DNA of 64,000 nucleotides, taken from the NCBI GenBank assembly GCA_977862235.1, contig OZ374561.1, positions 496,001 to 560,000 of the forward strand, in the 5' to 3' direction. The notes beneath the pieces are model-generated. The model was not told where the DNA came from, did not search any database, and worked only from the letters and a program-made list of their open reading frames with translations. Shown piece by piece: positions 53,495-64,000 of the stretch. The DNA is from Dudresnaya verticillata. Its lineage: Eukaryota. A program made the position numbers and the translations under genes. Positions within the stretch are counted from its first letter, which is position 1, and each line of letters starts with the position of its first letter.

Positions 53495-53929
53495 TCACCA
53501 AGGGGGAATGGCATCGCCGACGGTATCAATGACAAGCTTATCTTTATAGCTCGGCACCTTTGTCACACATGATTTCAAGAACATCCTGTCACCAGACGCT
53601 TCGTCCAGAAGCAGCACTTCACACGTGCCACAATCCCCCACACCACAACTTTCCACTATTTCCACCCCAGCTCTCCTTGCAACGTCAGTCAATGGTTCAC
53701 CTGGAGATGCAGAAATCTCAATACCTTCGGGGAGGAAAAGCACCTTGACTCTCTTTTCTTCCTCTTTGGAACGATTTGCTGATGCGCGAAGTACCGACCT
53801 CGTTTGGCCTCGCGTTGTGATTCGCCTTCGACGCACAATTGTACCCCTGCTGTACATCGAATTGCTTAACCTTTCGCCGAGTGACACAGGAAAAGATGAA
53901 CAGACTGGCACAAATAGAGCACAAACCAT
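53495..53929 (-). CDS. Plastid-targeted [2Fe-2S] ferredoxin-like protein
   Basis: CxxxxCxxC (SCGVGDCGTC) plus a distal Cys (LKSC); V.FLP.G..I.A..GEPL..VA.RAGV pattern of small cyanobacterial-type ferredoxins; transit-peptide-like N-terminus. Confidence 0.85.
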   Translation of the reverse strand: MVCALFVPVCSSFPVSLGERLSNSMYSRGTIVRRRRITTRGQTRSVLRASANRSKEEEKRVKVLFLPEGIEISASPGEPLTDVARRAGVEIVESCGVGDCGTCEVLLLDEASGDRMFLKSCVTKVPSYKDKLVIDTVGDAIPPW

Positions 53930-56900
53930 TTCTCTTCGGCACCCTGGTGTTCTCGGAATACCCCGCCTGCTTTCAGAGGGCATGAGAGCTTACCAATTCT
54001 TGAGCCTGGACTAGAACTCTGCAGTCTGTTGCAGGAAGGAACAGAGCTCATTCACTCGGAAAATATCGCAAACTTGTATTGCGTGATCGGTTATCGGTTA
54101 CTGAGCACAAGTGGACCGAACCTCGCAATGAATCTCCCAGTCGATGCCTCTTTCTCCTACCATCCACAGGGTCCACAGCCTGCTGTACTGTACTGATATT
54201 GGCTGTACTCCATTTCATGGGGAAGGTGTACAGTGGCACAAGTATATTTTGAAGTCGATTTCTGAAAATCTACTGCACTTGGAGACACGCATCAGCTGAC
54301 TGACGTCAATGTTTGCTATCCCAAATACCACCGACCTGCGACGCAGGTTCGCTTCATCCTCTCCCCAGTATCAACTGCTGGTCACGGCAGTTCTCGAGAG
54401 CGTAGCCATGATGTTTGTCTCCATCCACAACCAAGGAAAATGCCCACTGTATGCGCGTTTTTGCATGACCCGAGTGCTCTGAGATACTGCACTCCGACTG
54501 GCATGACCGCGCCGCGGGGGTTAATGCCCGCCGTCGACTGAAAGATAGGAGTTGTGACAGCATTGTTTCTTCAATGGATTCTCGCCTTTCCTTTGTTTGA
54601 TCGGCTACATTCAGCGTCTTTCACAAAGCGTGGAACCACGCTGATGCCTGATGCCAATTCTGATCACCTCCGAAGACCACTCCAGACGCCTCTCAGTTTG
54701 AGAGTCTCAAAAGTGGGCAGTAGGGTTGAGCGACGCGATCTATAGCTAAATTTTCGTCTGCTCTAGCCCACTCCGAAACGAGAGGGGGAAATCTCAGCTA
54801 CAGGCTGACCGCAAATGTGGTTAGAAGTCAATGATGGGTCGACATAAATGCTGAGCGGAATGCATGTTCTCAGCGGGACCTTCTTTTCTCTTCACAGTCT
54901 TTATGTTCAGCTAGCAACTTACAACAGAAGATGTACGAGAGAATCAGACTTAGCTGGGCCGACAAACTTCCCAATAGCAATCTGCATGAAGGTCAAGTGG
55001 TATCTACGACGCCATCTTTCGATTCGTTACATGCTTGTCCATACTAAGTTCCTTAACTGGAGCATAGGAACGGAAAGACGGTCCTTAATTCAATGTTCGC
55101 AGTCAAGCGTACAAACTCACGTACTGAGAACTTTTTGTTTAAGATGCCCGGGCTTCTAAGGTTGCCTGTCACTATCCGAAGATCAACGTAGGAGTGCAAT
55201 ATGAAGAACAAAAAAAGCAGCTAGTCACTCTGAGGGATGCTGCGGAAAGTATCCGAATCAATTGGACTGTGATGCTGCCTCAACGAATTGGTGCCGTGTC
55301 TCGGGCTAGCAGCGTGACTTTCTGGGGAGATACTCAACATTAACCTACTTGGCTCTCGAAGTACGCATTCTGCATGCATTTGTTGCGACGCAAAGTGAGG
55401 TAGCCTGAGGGTTAAGGAAATGACAACTAGTATTCTCCTCATCCGTATGAGCATCATGCATTGATATCCTTTTGGGTAATTGAAGACTACCTTATGCCCG
55501 GGCGTGAACAGTTTGAGTTGACGCAGTGAACCTAGCAGCGAAACTAGCAGCGATAGGACCATTTACAGCACCTTCACCCTGAGACAGTTTTACAATGGCT
55601 ACTTCACTCCTGACGGCATCCTAAAAGCCCAAGGACATATTATTGTGGTGTTCACGCCGCTGTTTCCACTTCATTCGCTCTAGCTAGCTAGCATCCCCAA
55701 CCTGGCAACTGGCTTGCGACACACTCCTCAATGTGGCTTGCCTATCGCTGTCTTATCCATGCGAACAAACCGCAATGAATCACCTCTTCGTCACGCTTGC
55801 CAGATGCATTCTCTTCTGCTAACGCCGTTGAACTCAATCTACTGGAGTTGTGCACAACTGCTCGGGAGACGCACTCCCTGTTTTATATGCGTTCGGACGC
55901 CATTAGCACGAAGAGCACACAATAAAGTTTGGGTACAAACTTCACCAATCCTGCTTTGCTTCGTTCTGAAGATGCTAACTGAGGCGAGCCATTACACCAC
56001 TACAGCGAAACACAGAAAAAGAGGAGAGCAAGTCTTGCCCCACGAAAGGCTTAGCCAATTGCGCTATCTGAAACAAAGCGAATATGTGCCGAACTCCTAT
56101 GTAGCAAGGCGAGTAGCTTGATGGGATTAATTATTTATCAGGCACTCTTTTGTGCATTTACCTAATTGAACACAAGAGCGAGATAATCTTCATCGCTTGT
56201 AGTACACAATTAGTACTTTCTGACATCGAGTCTCCGAGTGGCCCGAAGAGCCTTATTTTCGTTCACGATTGTCTTCGCAGTCAATATATTCAGACTGGAG
56301 TTTTCGAACGTGCCTCCCATTGAGGATATTGCCTAGGACGGATCATGAACAGAAATCTTATCCGCAGATTCCTTGAGCCTTCTGGTACGAGCACAGCCGA
56401 AAATTCGGCAATCTTCTGCGGGCGGGCATTCCATTGTTTTCGAATCCTACCTGAATGGAGCATCTATAGTCCACAAGGAAATCGGAACTGAGATGGATGG
56501 TTCAGAGCATGTTCGGTTTTCCTGCAGTTCGAGCCTGGTGCGAAAGAATTGCAACGATTGGTCCCATCACAGAGGAAACTATTATCAACAAGCGCGTGAT
56601 TGTATTCTTACTTCTTCTATCTTTGCAACACAACCTGGCAAAGTTGCAAACTTTTGCGCTGAGGATGGGGATGGCAAAGGGAGGGTTTCTGCTTCCCTCG
56701 GAGCTTGAGCTAGGCCGGTCTGAAAACTTCTCCGAATTTACTTGCCTTTCACCTTGGTGTTCAAGATTGCGATTGCAGAACAGATCTCATCGAATTGGAG
56801 AAATGGGCTTCCAAGTGCCCTCATGTTGTCATGCTTTCGTGAAGGAGAACTCTCAGGAGAACCCTCCTCTCCGAATCGCAGGAGGGCCAAGAGAGGAGCG

Positions 56901-59124
56901 TTAGCCTGCACCTCACCCCCTACCGTTTACTTTTGTTGAATTTCACAGGTTGGACGCTCGACTTCGATCTGGCACTTAGGGTTACAAATAGCGCCCCATC
57001 GCCTAAAACACCTGTGCGGATTGCCTCATCTTACCATGCGTATCCATCTGTTGCGTACTAGCTAGTGAAGGGTAGCAGAGGTGTATCTTTAGTCACCTTG
57101 AGCAACGCAGTGGAAGGAAGAGCATCATTATTGAGCTGTTAGGGCATGAGGCGCCATTCATTGCAGTTGGGCAGCTTCCATAATGCGGCTACTGTGTCCT
57201 GCCGTTAGCAACAGGTGCCAATTCTGTTACCTCTTGTACCGTTCATGTGCACATACTGCAATGTGGTATTAGCCCAATTGGGAAGCGGGATGTGAAACAG
57301 CCTTGATCCAAGTTTCACTTCAATCTTCACGAGCAGAGGTGAAGGCCTATAGTGCGTGAAAGGCGTATTGCTCTACTGCCACTAGTTGCCCCGTTCACTC
57401 GTGTCTTGGTCATATGATTCCAGAATGCGTAGGCGCAGCATGAATCATTCCCTTGGGTTCGATGAGCTTGAAGACTGTCTTGCTTCTTTCTCTTGATTGA
57501 CTCTAATTAAGACCGAACTGATTTGCGGACGAGAATAGTTCTTTGTGCCCAGGGTCTTCATAATCCCCCTTTTCTGCATGTGCAGCATGGCACAGATGCA
57601 AGAGCATTCTTTAAGAATTAGAAGAAGGTAACATCCTGATACCAAACTCAGCTCTGACTCAGCTCTGGCTGCTTTTGGCCTCTGAAACGGTCAAGAAACA
57701 GATGAGTTATACTGGAAATTCTTGGTGCTAGCTAGGAGGAGGCAACCTCTGTTTACATCATGTCAGCAGTAATGCTACGCTGTGAGGTGAGCTGGTGTTC
57801 GTTTGCGGGGATTTATCCGCAAACTAAACATGCTGGCAGTATGCGATATTGACTTGTTTAGAAGACCTGGAGGTGGGGGAGCGATGGAGCTATTTGTAAG
57901 CGGCAACTCTCGTATTAGGTTTGCTGTTCTCTCTCTTCTATGTTTTGCATGAACAGCTTTTTCTTCGGCCGGGAAGCAACGCCTAGGACTTGGTGAGCCG
58001 TTTGCATATCCAAAAACTCATGATTTCTTTCCCTGGGATGATGCGCGTTGTCCTCAGAACTGTAACAGCAACACATGTATCTTTGAACCGATTCGAATTC
58101 GAATAACACGGTTTATTCTGAAGGGCTTTGTAGTTGTGAAACTTGCCATGCGCTATTGACAGCTACAATTGCTGTGGCGGTACATTTGTAGCACTGTTTC
58201 GAAACGGCAACAAGAGCCAAGATTTCATACCCAAGCCAGTCTGGAGGGGACGTTCACCGGCAAAGAGCCTCCTACGAATGAAATCACCATCAAATAAGGC
58301 AGATCATCTGTGAAGGCGCATCCGAGATAAAACGGCCCCAATGCCCAGCATCCTCTACACTGGGTTCTGTCGATGGAAGGGCAAAGTTCATCCTTCGAGT
58401 AGGCTGCAGGCCGTATGCTTTGCCAGGGCTGTATCGCGACAGCTGCCCTAGTGTATGCTGACATCAGGCATGTCCGGATAGGTTGGACACTCCATCTACT
58501 GTTCCAGCACACACGACTGGAGCAGAGGCCCGAGCGGTTAAATCTGGAGGGGTGCAGTAGAAGAACAGCACAAGGCACGCTTCTTATCGGTAAAAATTCC
58601 TTGTTTTTTCCGCGATTCTTCAGATTGCCCGGCTTGGGCCTGACGCGGCCTTCGCTCGTGAGAACTACATTCTGCTACGTCTGTATCTGTCACTCGCCGA
58701 CCGTGCGCGACTGCCCGCGCGAGGCAAGCTTTTGAGTCCTCTTTCAACGGTTCCAAGCGCACATCCGTCACTCGCTCTGCTCAGAAACACTCAATCCTGC
58801 AGCACACTTTGTGCCTCAACACGCATTGCGTCGGCGCTCGCAAGCGACGCTCCTTTCTAGAGTTTCCGCCCTAGCCAAGCCGAGTCACAGCGACTCATCG
58901 CACTCATCGCGCCCCGCAAGTGCCAGCAATTAACATTCGAGCAATCCAGACACGAGAGCCAAACCTCCCAGAGCCTCATCATACGTCTTCAAACTACATA
59001 CACATGCAGAGAGCTTAGGCACACAGTCCGTACAAGCCACAGTTTCTGCAGATCCTTCGAGAAGATTCATCCCAGCTTTGGATTGTCCCAGAAACTTGGC
59101 GCTCTTCAGCAGCAGACTTGAGGC

Positions 59125-62009
59125 ATGCCGCCCCTGGACGATCCTCTCGCCCGTCTATGGGGTCGCGCAGTCTTTGCGGACACGCTTAAATCAGTCTGGG
59201 ACAATGAGAGTCCCTTGAGGGGTGGCCATTTCTGGCCACGGTTCGGAGGCAAGCGGTTCGGTAAGTTCACAGCAGCGATTGTTGCTGTTGCCATTGTGGT
59301 TCATTATTCCTGTGACTGCGTCGTGCTTTTGGTGAACCACAGTGGGTCTAACAATATTTCTTGCTTCATGGACACTTCTCTGTCGCTGTCGTCCTCTGGC
59401 CATAACTCTTCGTCTTGCCTGCTATTGTGAAACGTCTTGTAGATCTATATGTCCTCTTCGAGACCGTGAGATGCTTGGGAGGCCTGGATATGATAGCGGA
59501 AAGGCGACGCTTTGCACTCGTGCGAGACCTCATGATGCTTCCTGCAAGCGCTACCAACTATTCTACAGCGATGCGCTCCAACTACGAACGTTTTATTGAG
59601 CCTCACGAAGACCTTCTTGAGAAGAAGTTAGAAGCGATATACGAGCAGCATGGACACCAAGCCAACACTCACGAGTGGCTGTTGAACAGACTTGGGCTGA
59701 GCAGATCGCTTGGGCCGTGGAGTTGCGTCATTGCCATTCGAAACGGATTCACGTCGGACCCTCAATCGGCAAGCATAGACCCTGACGCGAGAGAGGAATC
59801 AACCTTTCTGGCGCTTCCCGAAGCGACTCAAGCCGTACTTAGAGCTCGTCTCAGCGTAAGCACTCTGGAACAAGCAGAGTTTACTCACAAACTCTTTGAA
59901 TCCGATGAACCGAATCTGGTGTTGCTGGATATTCGCAACCACATAGTTCGCATGTGGTATCGTAACACAAGGGAGCGCCTTGAGCCGAGTGTTGCTCTCC
60001 TCCCCATCCCTGAGTGTTTCCGAGCTGTGGGTAGTCGAATTTTTACTTACTTGGAATGCACGGGCGTGATCAACTTCGGAGCTCTGCCTACAGCGTCCAT
60101 CCATCGACCTAGAGCAATCGTACCCCCAAAGAATCAGAAGCGGATCGCTGTGGTTGGTGCCGGTCTGGCCGGATTAGTGGCAGCCAGACAGTTGCATTCT
60201 TTGGGACTTGCTGTATCGGTTTTTGAGGGGCGGAATAGACCTGGTGGTCGGGTTTATACAGAAACAGAGGTCTTTTCTGCACGAGTCGACATGGGAGCAA
60301 TGCTGATACTGGGAGTGATACAGAACCCAGTGTCTGTTATAGCTCATCAGACCGGGTCCAGGATGCACTTTATGGACTCAAGCTGCCCATTGTTTGACAT
60401 AGACGGGACCTGGGTAGCTGATGAGTCTGACAAATGGGCCGAGAAAGAGTTCAATTCAATTTTGGACACCACGGGAAGGTATAGAAATCGAGAAGGTTCT
60501 GAAGAAAAGGCAAATAAGATGTCTCTAGGATTTGCCTTTCAGAAGGCCTTGGAGAAACGTGCATATCGACGAAGGGCTCGTCTGCAGGAACACATCCGCG
60601 AAGCGGGAACTGCGCTACATAATCAGCTCCTTAACCGGTCATTGTTGGATTCATCAGAGGAAGGTGATGGTGGGGATTCAGACTATTATCTTGAAATTCC
60701 CCCACCGAGTGACCGGAAGAAGACCGAAGCAGACCATTCCCAGTCCAGCAGCACTCCTCCCGGCTCTCTTACTATACCTACGAGAGCCAATAGACTCGAC
60801 TCGCCCATGCAGGAGCAAGAAGGTCCGCGGTCGAAGCGAATGAGAAGATCCGTAGACTCTGAGCAAGCCAGAGAAGCTTCACATGGCTCTCAGGAGCCAG
60901 CCTTCCTACCCCAGAGAATGACTTCAAGCTATTCCTTTGGAAGCAGTGTCACAATTGAGGACAAACTAGTGAGTCGTCTATTAAGGTGGCACATAGCCAA
61001 TCTAGAGTATGCTTGTGCGTCGGGAATTGATAACGTCAGCTTAAGACATTGGGATCAGGATGATCCGTACGCCTTCTCAGGGGAGCATGTGTTGCTCAAA
61101 GATGGGTACATGCCTTTAGTCGATGGCCTTGTCAATGGTTTAGAACAAAATATATTCTACGACTCGAAAGTGATAGCTATCAAGTATCCACACGGAGAGG
61201 GCATGGTCACAGTGGAGGTTGAGACAGGTAGCGGGGAGGTGGAGAGTCACGAGTTCGATTCCGTCTTAATTTCTGTTCCCCTCGGGGTTCTGAAACGGCA
61301 GTCTATTCATTTCGAACCTCCTTTGCCTGTCGATAAGAAGGAAGCCATAGAACGTCTTGGTTTTGGTGGCCTGATGAAGGTCGCCATGGAATTTTCTTTC
61401 CAGTTTTGGATCAAACCGGACATGTTTGGTGCTCTCAGAGAATCCGTAGACAAACGAGGGGAGTTTTACTTTTTTTGGAACCTAGCTCCGTCATCCGGAG
61501 CCCCTATTTTGGTTGGCCTTGTGGCAGAACCATGTGCGACGAAGATGGAAAGTTTACCAGATATTGCTATCAAGGACGAAGCTCTCAAAGTAATCAGAAG
61601 ATGCTTTCCTACCGCACCAGAACCAGTAGCATATGCAGTGACGAGATGGACCCAGGATGAGTTCTGTGGAGGGGCATACACGTACATTCCTGTCACTTCT
61701 AGTGGTGGTGACTATGACTTGATTGCCGAACCGGTGGGTAAGTCCCTGTTCTTTGCTGGAGAGCACACTAGTCGTCAGTACCCTACGACTTGTGCTTCAG
61801 CGGTAATCAGTGGACTTCGGGAGGCGAACAGGATTTTGGAAGCTCATGAGTTGACTGAACATATCGCAAGTGTCAATCGGGCAAATGTTTGTGATGACCA
61901 TAACTCCAGTAACAAGTCCAGCAATCGGCATCACCAACTTGACCTTGAGGCTGATGATTCTGCAAGCACAGAACTACTTGTTCCGTACGTCCGGAAAAAC
62001 TTGTGCTAA
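59125..62009 (+). CDS. LSD1: LSD1/KDM1-like histone demethylase with N-terminal ARID domain (ARID-SWIRM-amine oxidase), 2 exons
   Basis: Exons 59125-59260 and 59443-62009 (intron GTAAGT...TAG, branch TCTAAC) give P.FGGKRFDLYVLF..V...GG...LP....N....R..YE (ARID); IRNHIV.MW...YLE..G.INFG (SWIRM); GAGLAG, GGRV, WHIANLEYA, MKV (catalytic Lys), FFAGEHT. Confidence 0.88.
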
Positions 62010-62489
62010 TTGCTTCTTCGGAACGTCGGTTTGGAGGGTAGGTCAAAACTAACAAGAGACGCTCTGTACAATACTCTGAGTCTCTAAGTTAACATCAGAT
62101 GGGAGGAATAGTGCACAACTTGTGTCTAGGATTTCCAGAATCTAACTCAATAAGTAGAGAACTACAGAAGTAGGCAGTGACTCAGTCAACCTAGCATTAT
62201 TGTCCTCAGCTTGGAATACGGGGCTGATTTGGATCTTGACTCAATTGTCCTGAACCTTGGCTGCGGGTCTCCCCCCAAGAGTGTTGCACTGCAGTCCAAA
62301 AAAAAGAAAACTGGGCCACTTCATCATGTGTTTGTTACCTAGCGGTCAGGAGCGTAGATGAGTTGAGAAATGTGGCCCCTTGCAAGGCACTTTTTTGTGC
62401 GTAGCGACCTATTTGTCCTGTGACGCCGCATTGCTTCGGGTATGGATGAGTATGCGAATTGAAAGAGCACCTTCTACTATCAGCCGTCT

Positions 62490-63797
62490 ATGGCAAAAGC
62501 GAAGCAGCTCTTTTGGCGATTCATGATTCGAAGTCTTCTAGGCCTGGTTTTGTCGACATTTGTTTCTGCAAAGTTCGCTACCTCGGAACAGCTTCTCGAT
62601 GTTGGCGAGAATGCGGACTCCAATTGTGGCAAGTTGCTGATCACTCTTACTACAAGATGTGCTCACTTGAAGCTCTCACAGTTAGAGCCGTGCTGCGATG
62701 CAATTGTTGCCTGGAACCGTGGCCTTTGTTGGTGTGAGCCTAATGCTTTCAATAGTGCGGCCAACCTTGCCATGGACTATTTCGCGTTTCAGTTCAGAAC
62801 TAAGAAGTGTAACATGACCTCGACAGTATTTCATCCTGAGATTACTCTTCCCGTTGCTGAGAAGTCCAAGCTGGAACAGACTTGCCCAGCATTGCTGTCT
62901 GTCCCAGAATCAGAGACGTCCGAAGGCTGTAGCTCAGTGTCGCCTAGAAAGCTACGACAGCAACGTCTTGAATCACTGCACCTGTTGAACAGTGACAACG
63001 TGCTAAGCAATGAAGAAATTCAGGAATGGTCCGAGCGCATGGATGGGCTGTTGGTACCAGGAGCGTCTCTGTTCTCAGTAGGAAAATCGTTTCTGTTCCC
63101 ACGTATTAATGTGAAGAGGTATCTTCTATCCAGAACATCACTTGCAAACGGAGCCCTTTGGAAAAGTGCGATTGACACAGAGACTATTTTCTGGAGATCT
63201 GTGAACCAAGTGAGCTACAGTAGTGCCTACACGCTCGGGCCGTATTCTTTTGCAAAGATAGAATTTGTTACGTTCGAGAGGTGTTCTGCTCGAATCCAGC
63301 ATATCTATTCTCAAGAAGAGGAGGGGGTCCTACTTTTCAAACAATTTGTCTATGTGGAGCCATCAGACCGGGGGTTTTGGGAAGTGCAACTAAGCCCAAG
63401 GGAGTTGTGCATCGCCATTGGACGAGTTTGTAGACATGATCTGTTCCCCTTCCAGACCAAAGAGCACTGCTTAGAGATTTACAGCAAGTTTGAGCAAGAG
63501 GACAAGGTAACATGTGGGAGCGGCAGTCCAAGCTTTTCCGTGATTGCTTTGCACGGTAATACGTCGACGTGCAGAGGAATGTACCTTCGGCTTGCATCTA
63601 TCGATTCTAAGACGTATTGTCGATTTCTAGGCGAGAAGGGGATCGGTATTTGCAGACAGTCCGGATGCCCGGAAGGGGCCTACAATAACGTGTTCAGAGA
63701 GGAGAATCCCAGATTTGATTCTACTGCTGTGTATTCATGTTCGAGGGACGGATGCAGCGAGGCATGGCCGTATGAAGATGATACTGAGGAAGTCTGA
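62490..63797 (+). CDS. Secreted cysteine-rich protein of unknown function (435 aa)
   Basis: Signal-peptide-like N-terminus (LLGLVLSTFVSA), Cys-rich N- and C-terminal regions, long intact ORF. Confidence 0.75.
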   Translation: MAKAKQLFWRFMIRSLLGLVLSTFVSAKFATSEQLLDVGENADSNCGKLLITLTTRCAHLKLSQLEPCCDAIVAWNRGLCWCEPNAFNSAANLAMDYFAFQFRTKKCNMTSTVFHPEITLPVAEKSKLEQTCPALLSVPESETSEGCSSVSPRKLRQQRLESLHLLNSDNVLSNEEIQEWSERMDGLLVPGASLFSVGKSFLFPRINVKRYLLSRTSLANGALWKSAIDTETIFWRSVNQVSYSSAYTLGPYSFAKIEFVTFERCSARIQHIYSQEEEGVLLFKQFVYVEPSDRGFWEVQLSPRELCIAIGRVCRHDLFPFQTKEHCLEIYSKFEQEDKVTCGSGSPSFSVIALHGNTSTCRGMYLRLASIDSKTYCRFLGEKGIGICRQSGCPEGAYNNVFREENPRFDSTAVYSCSRDGCSEAWPYEDDTEEV

Positions 63798-64000
63798 GCA
63801 TACTTGTTTGTGATGCTAAGAAAAGTGGCACCATAAGAAAGAGATTGTAGTGAAGCGAGTAGGGGAGGATCTGTGGTTGTGCACATGGAATCTAGGGGGA
63901 ACAAGAGTGTGCAATATGGAAGGTCTCTGATTAAAGGCTTCTGTGCGATGGTCCATCCTCGGACAGGTTCAAGTAGAAAGTAGACGACTTTACTACTTGA

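Noticed and set aside
54000..58900. Short ORFs in the 5-kb intergenic stretch (likewise 4450-6700, 14050-15400, 19700-22000, 46420-48900)
   Set aside because: No recognisable domains or consistent splice structure; may hold decayed repeats that I cannot identify without a search.

Overview
Eukaryotic, gene-dense and intron-poor nuclear DNA. It is most likely from a red alga (inference from plastid-targeted genes, short GT-AG introns with CTAAC-type branch points and Ty3/Gypsy elements; not verified). About 15 host genes are supported: RseP-like M50 protease, a 6-exon SnRK/CAMK-type kinase, XMAP215/MOR1, HHL1-like, two WS/DGAT paralogues, XRCC3-like, PsbQ-like, an SDR, a bHLH-GAF factor, VDAC, a 2Fe-2S protein, an ARID-SWIRM-amine oxidase (LSD1-like), a Cys-rich secreted protein and a possible small tail-anchored protein. 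The centre (27767-46410) holds two young nested chromodomain-bearing Ty3/Gypsy LTR retrotransposons. The outer one is ~5.4 kb on the minus strand (449-bp LTRs, TSD CTTCT). A 13.3-kb plus-strand element (785-bp LTRs, TSD CTCGG) is inserted in its RT. The inner element is the most unusual object. It carries an intact ~1140-codon antisense accessory ORF of unknown function, and it is saturated end to end (LTRs, leader, gag, pol, antisense ORF) with the palindrome GGCC, mostly YGGCCR, roughly every 45-60 bp. By hand count this is about 4-5 times the density in the outer element it sits in. This suggests a self-marking motif plus an element-encoded reader or anti-silencing protein, which is a hypothesis only.
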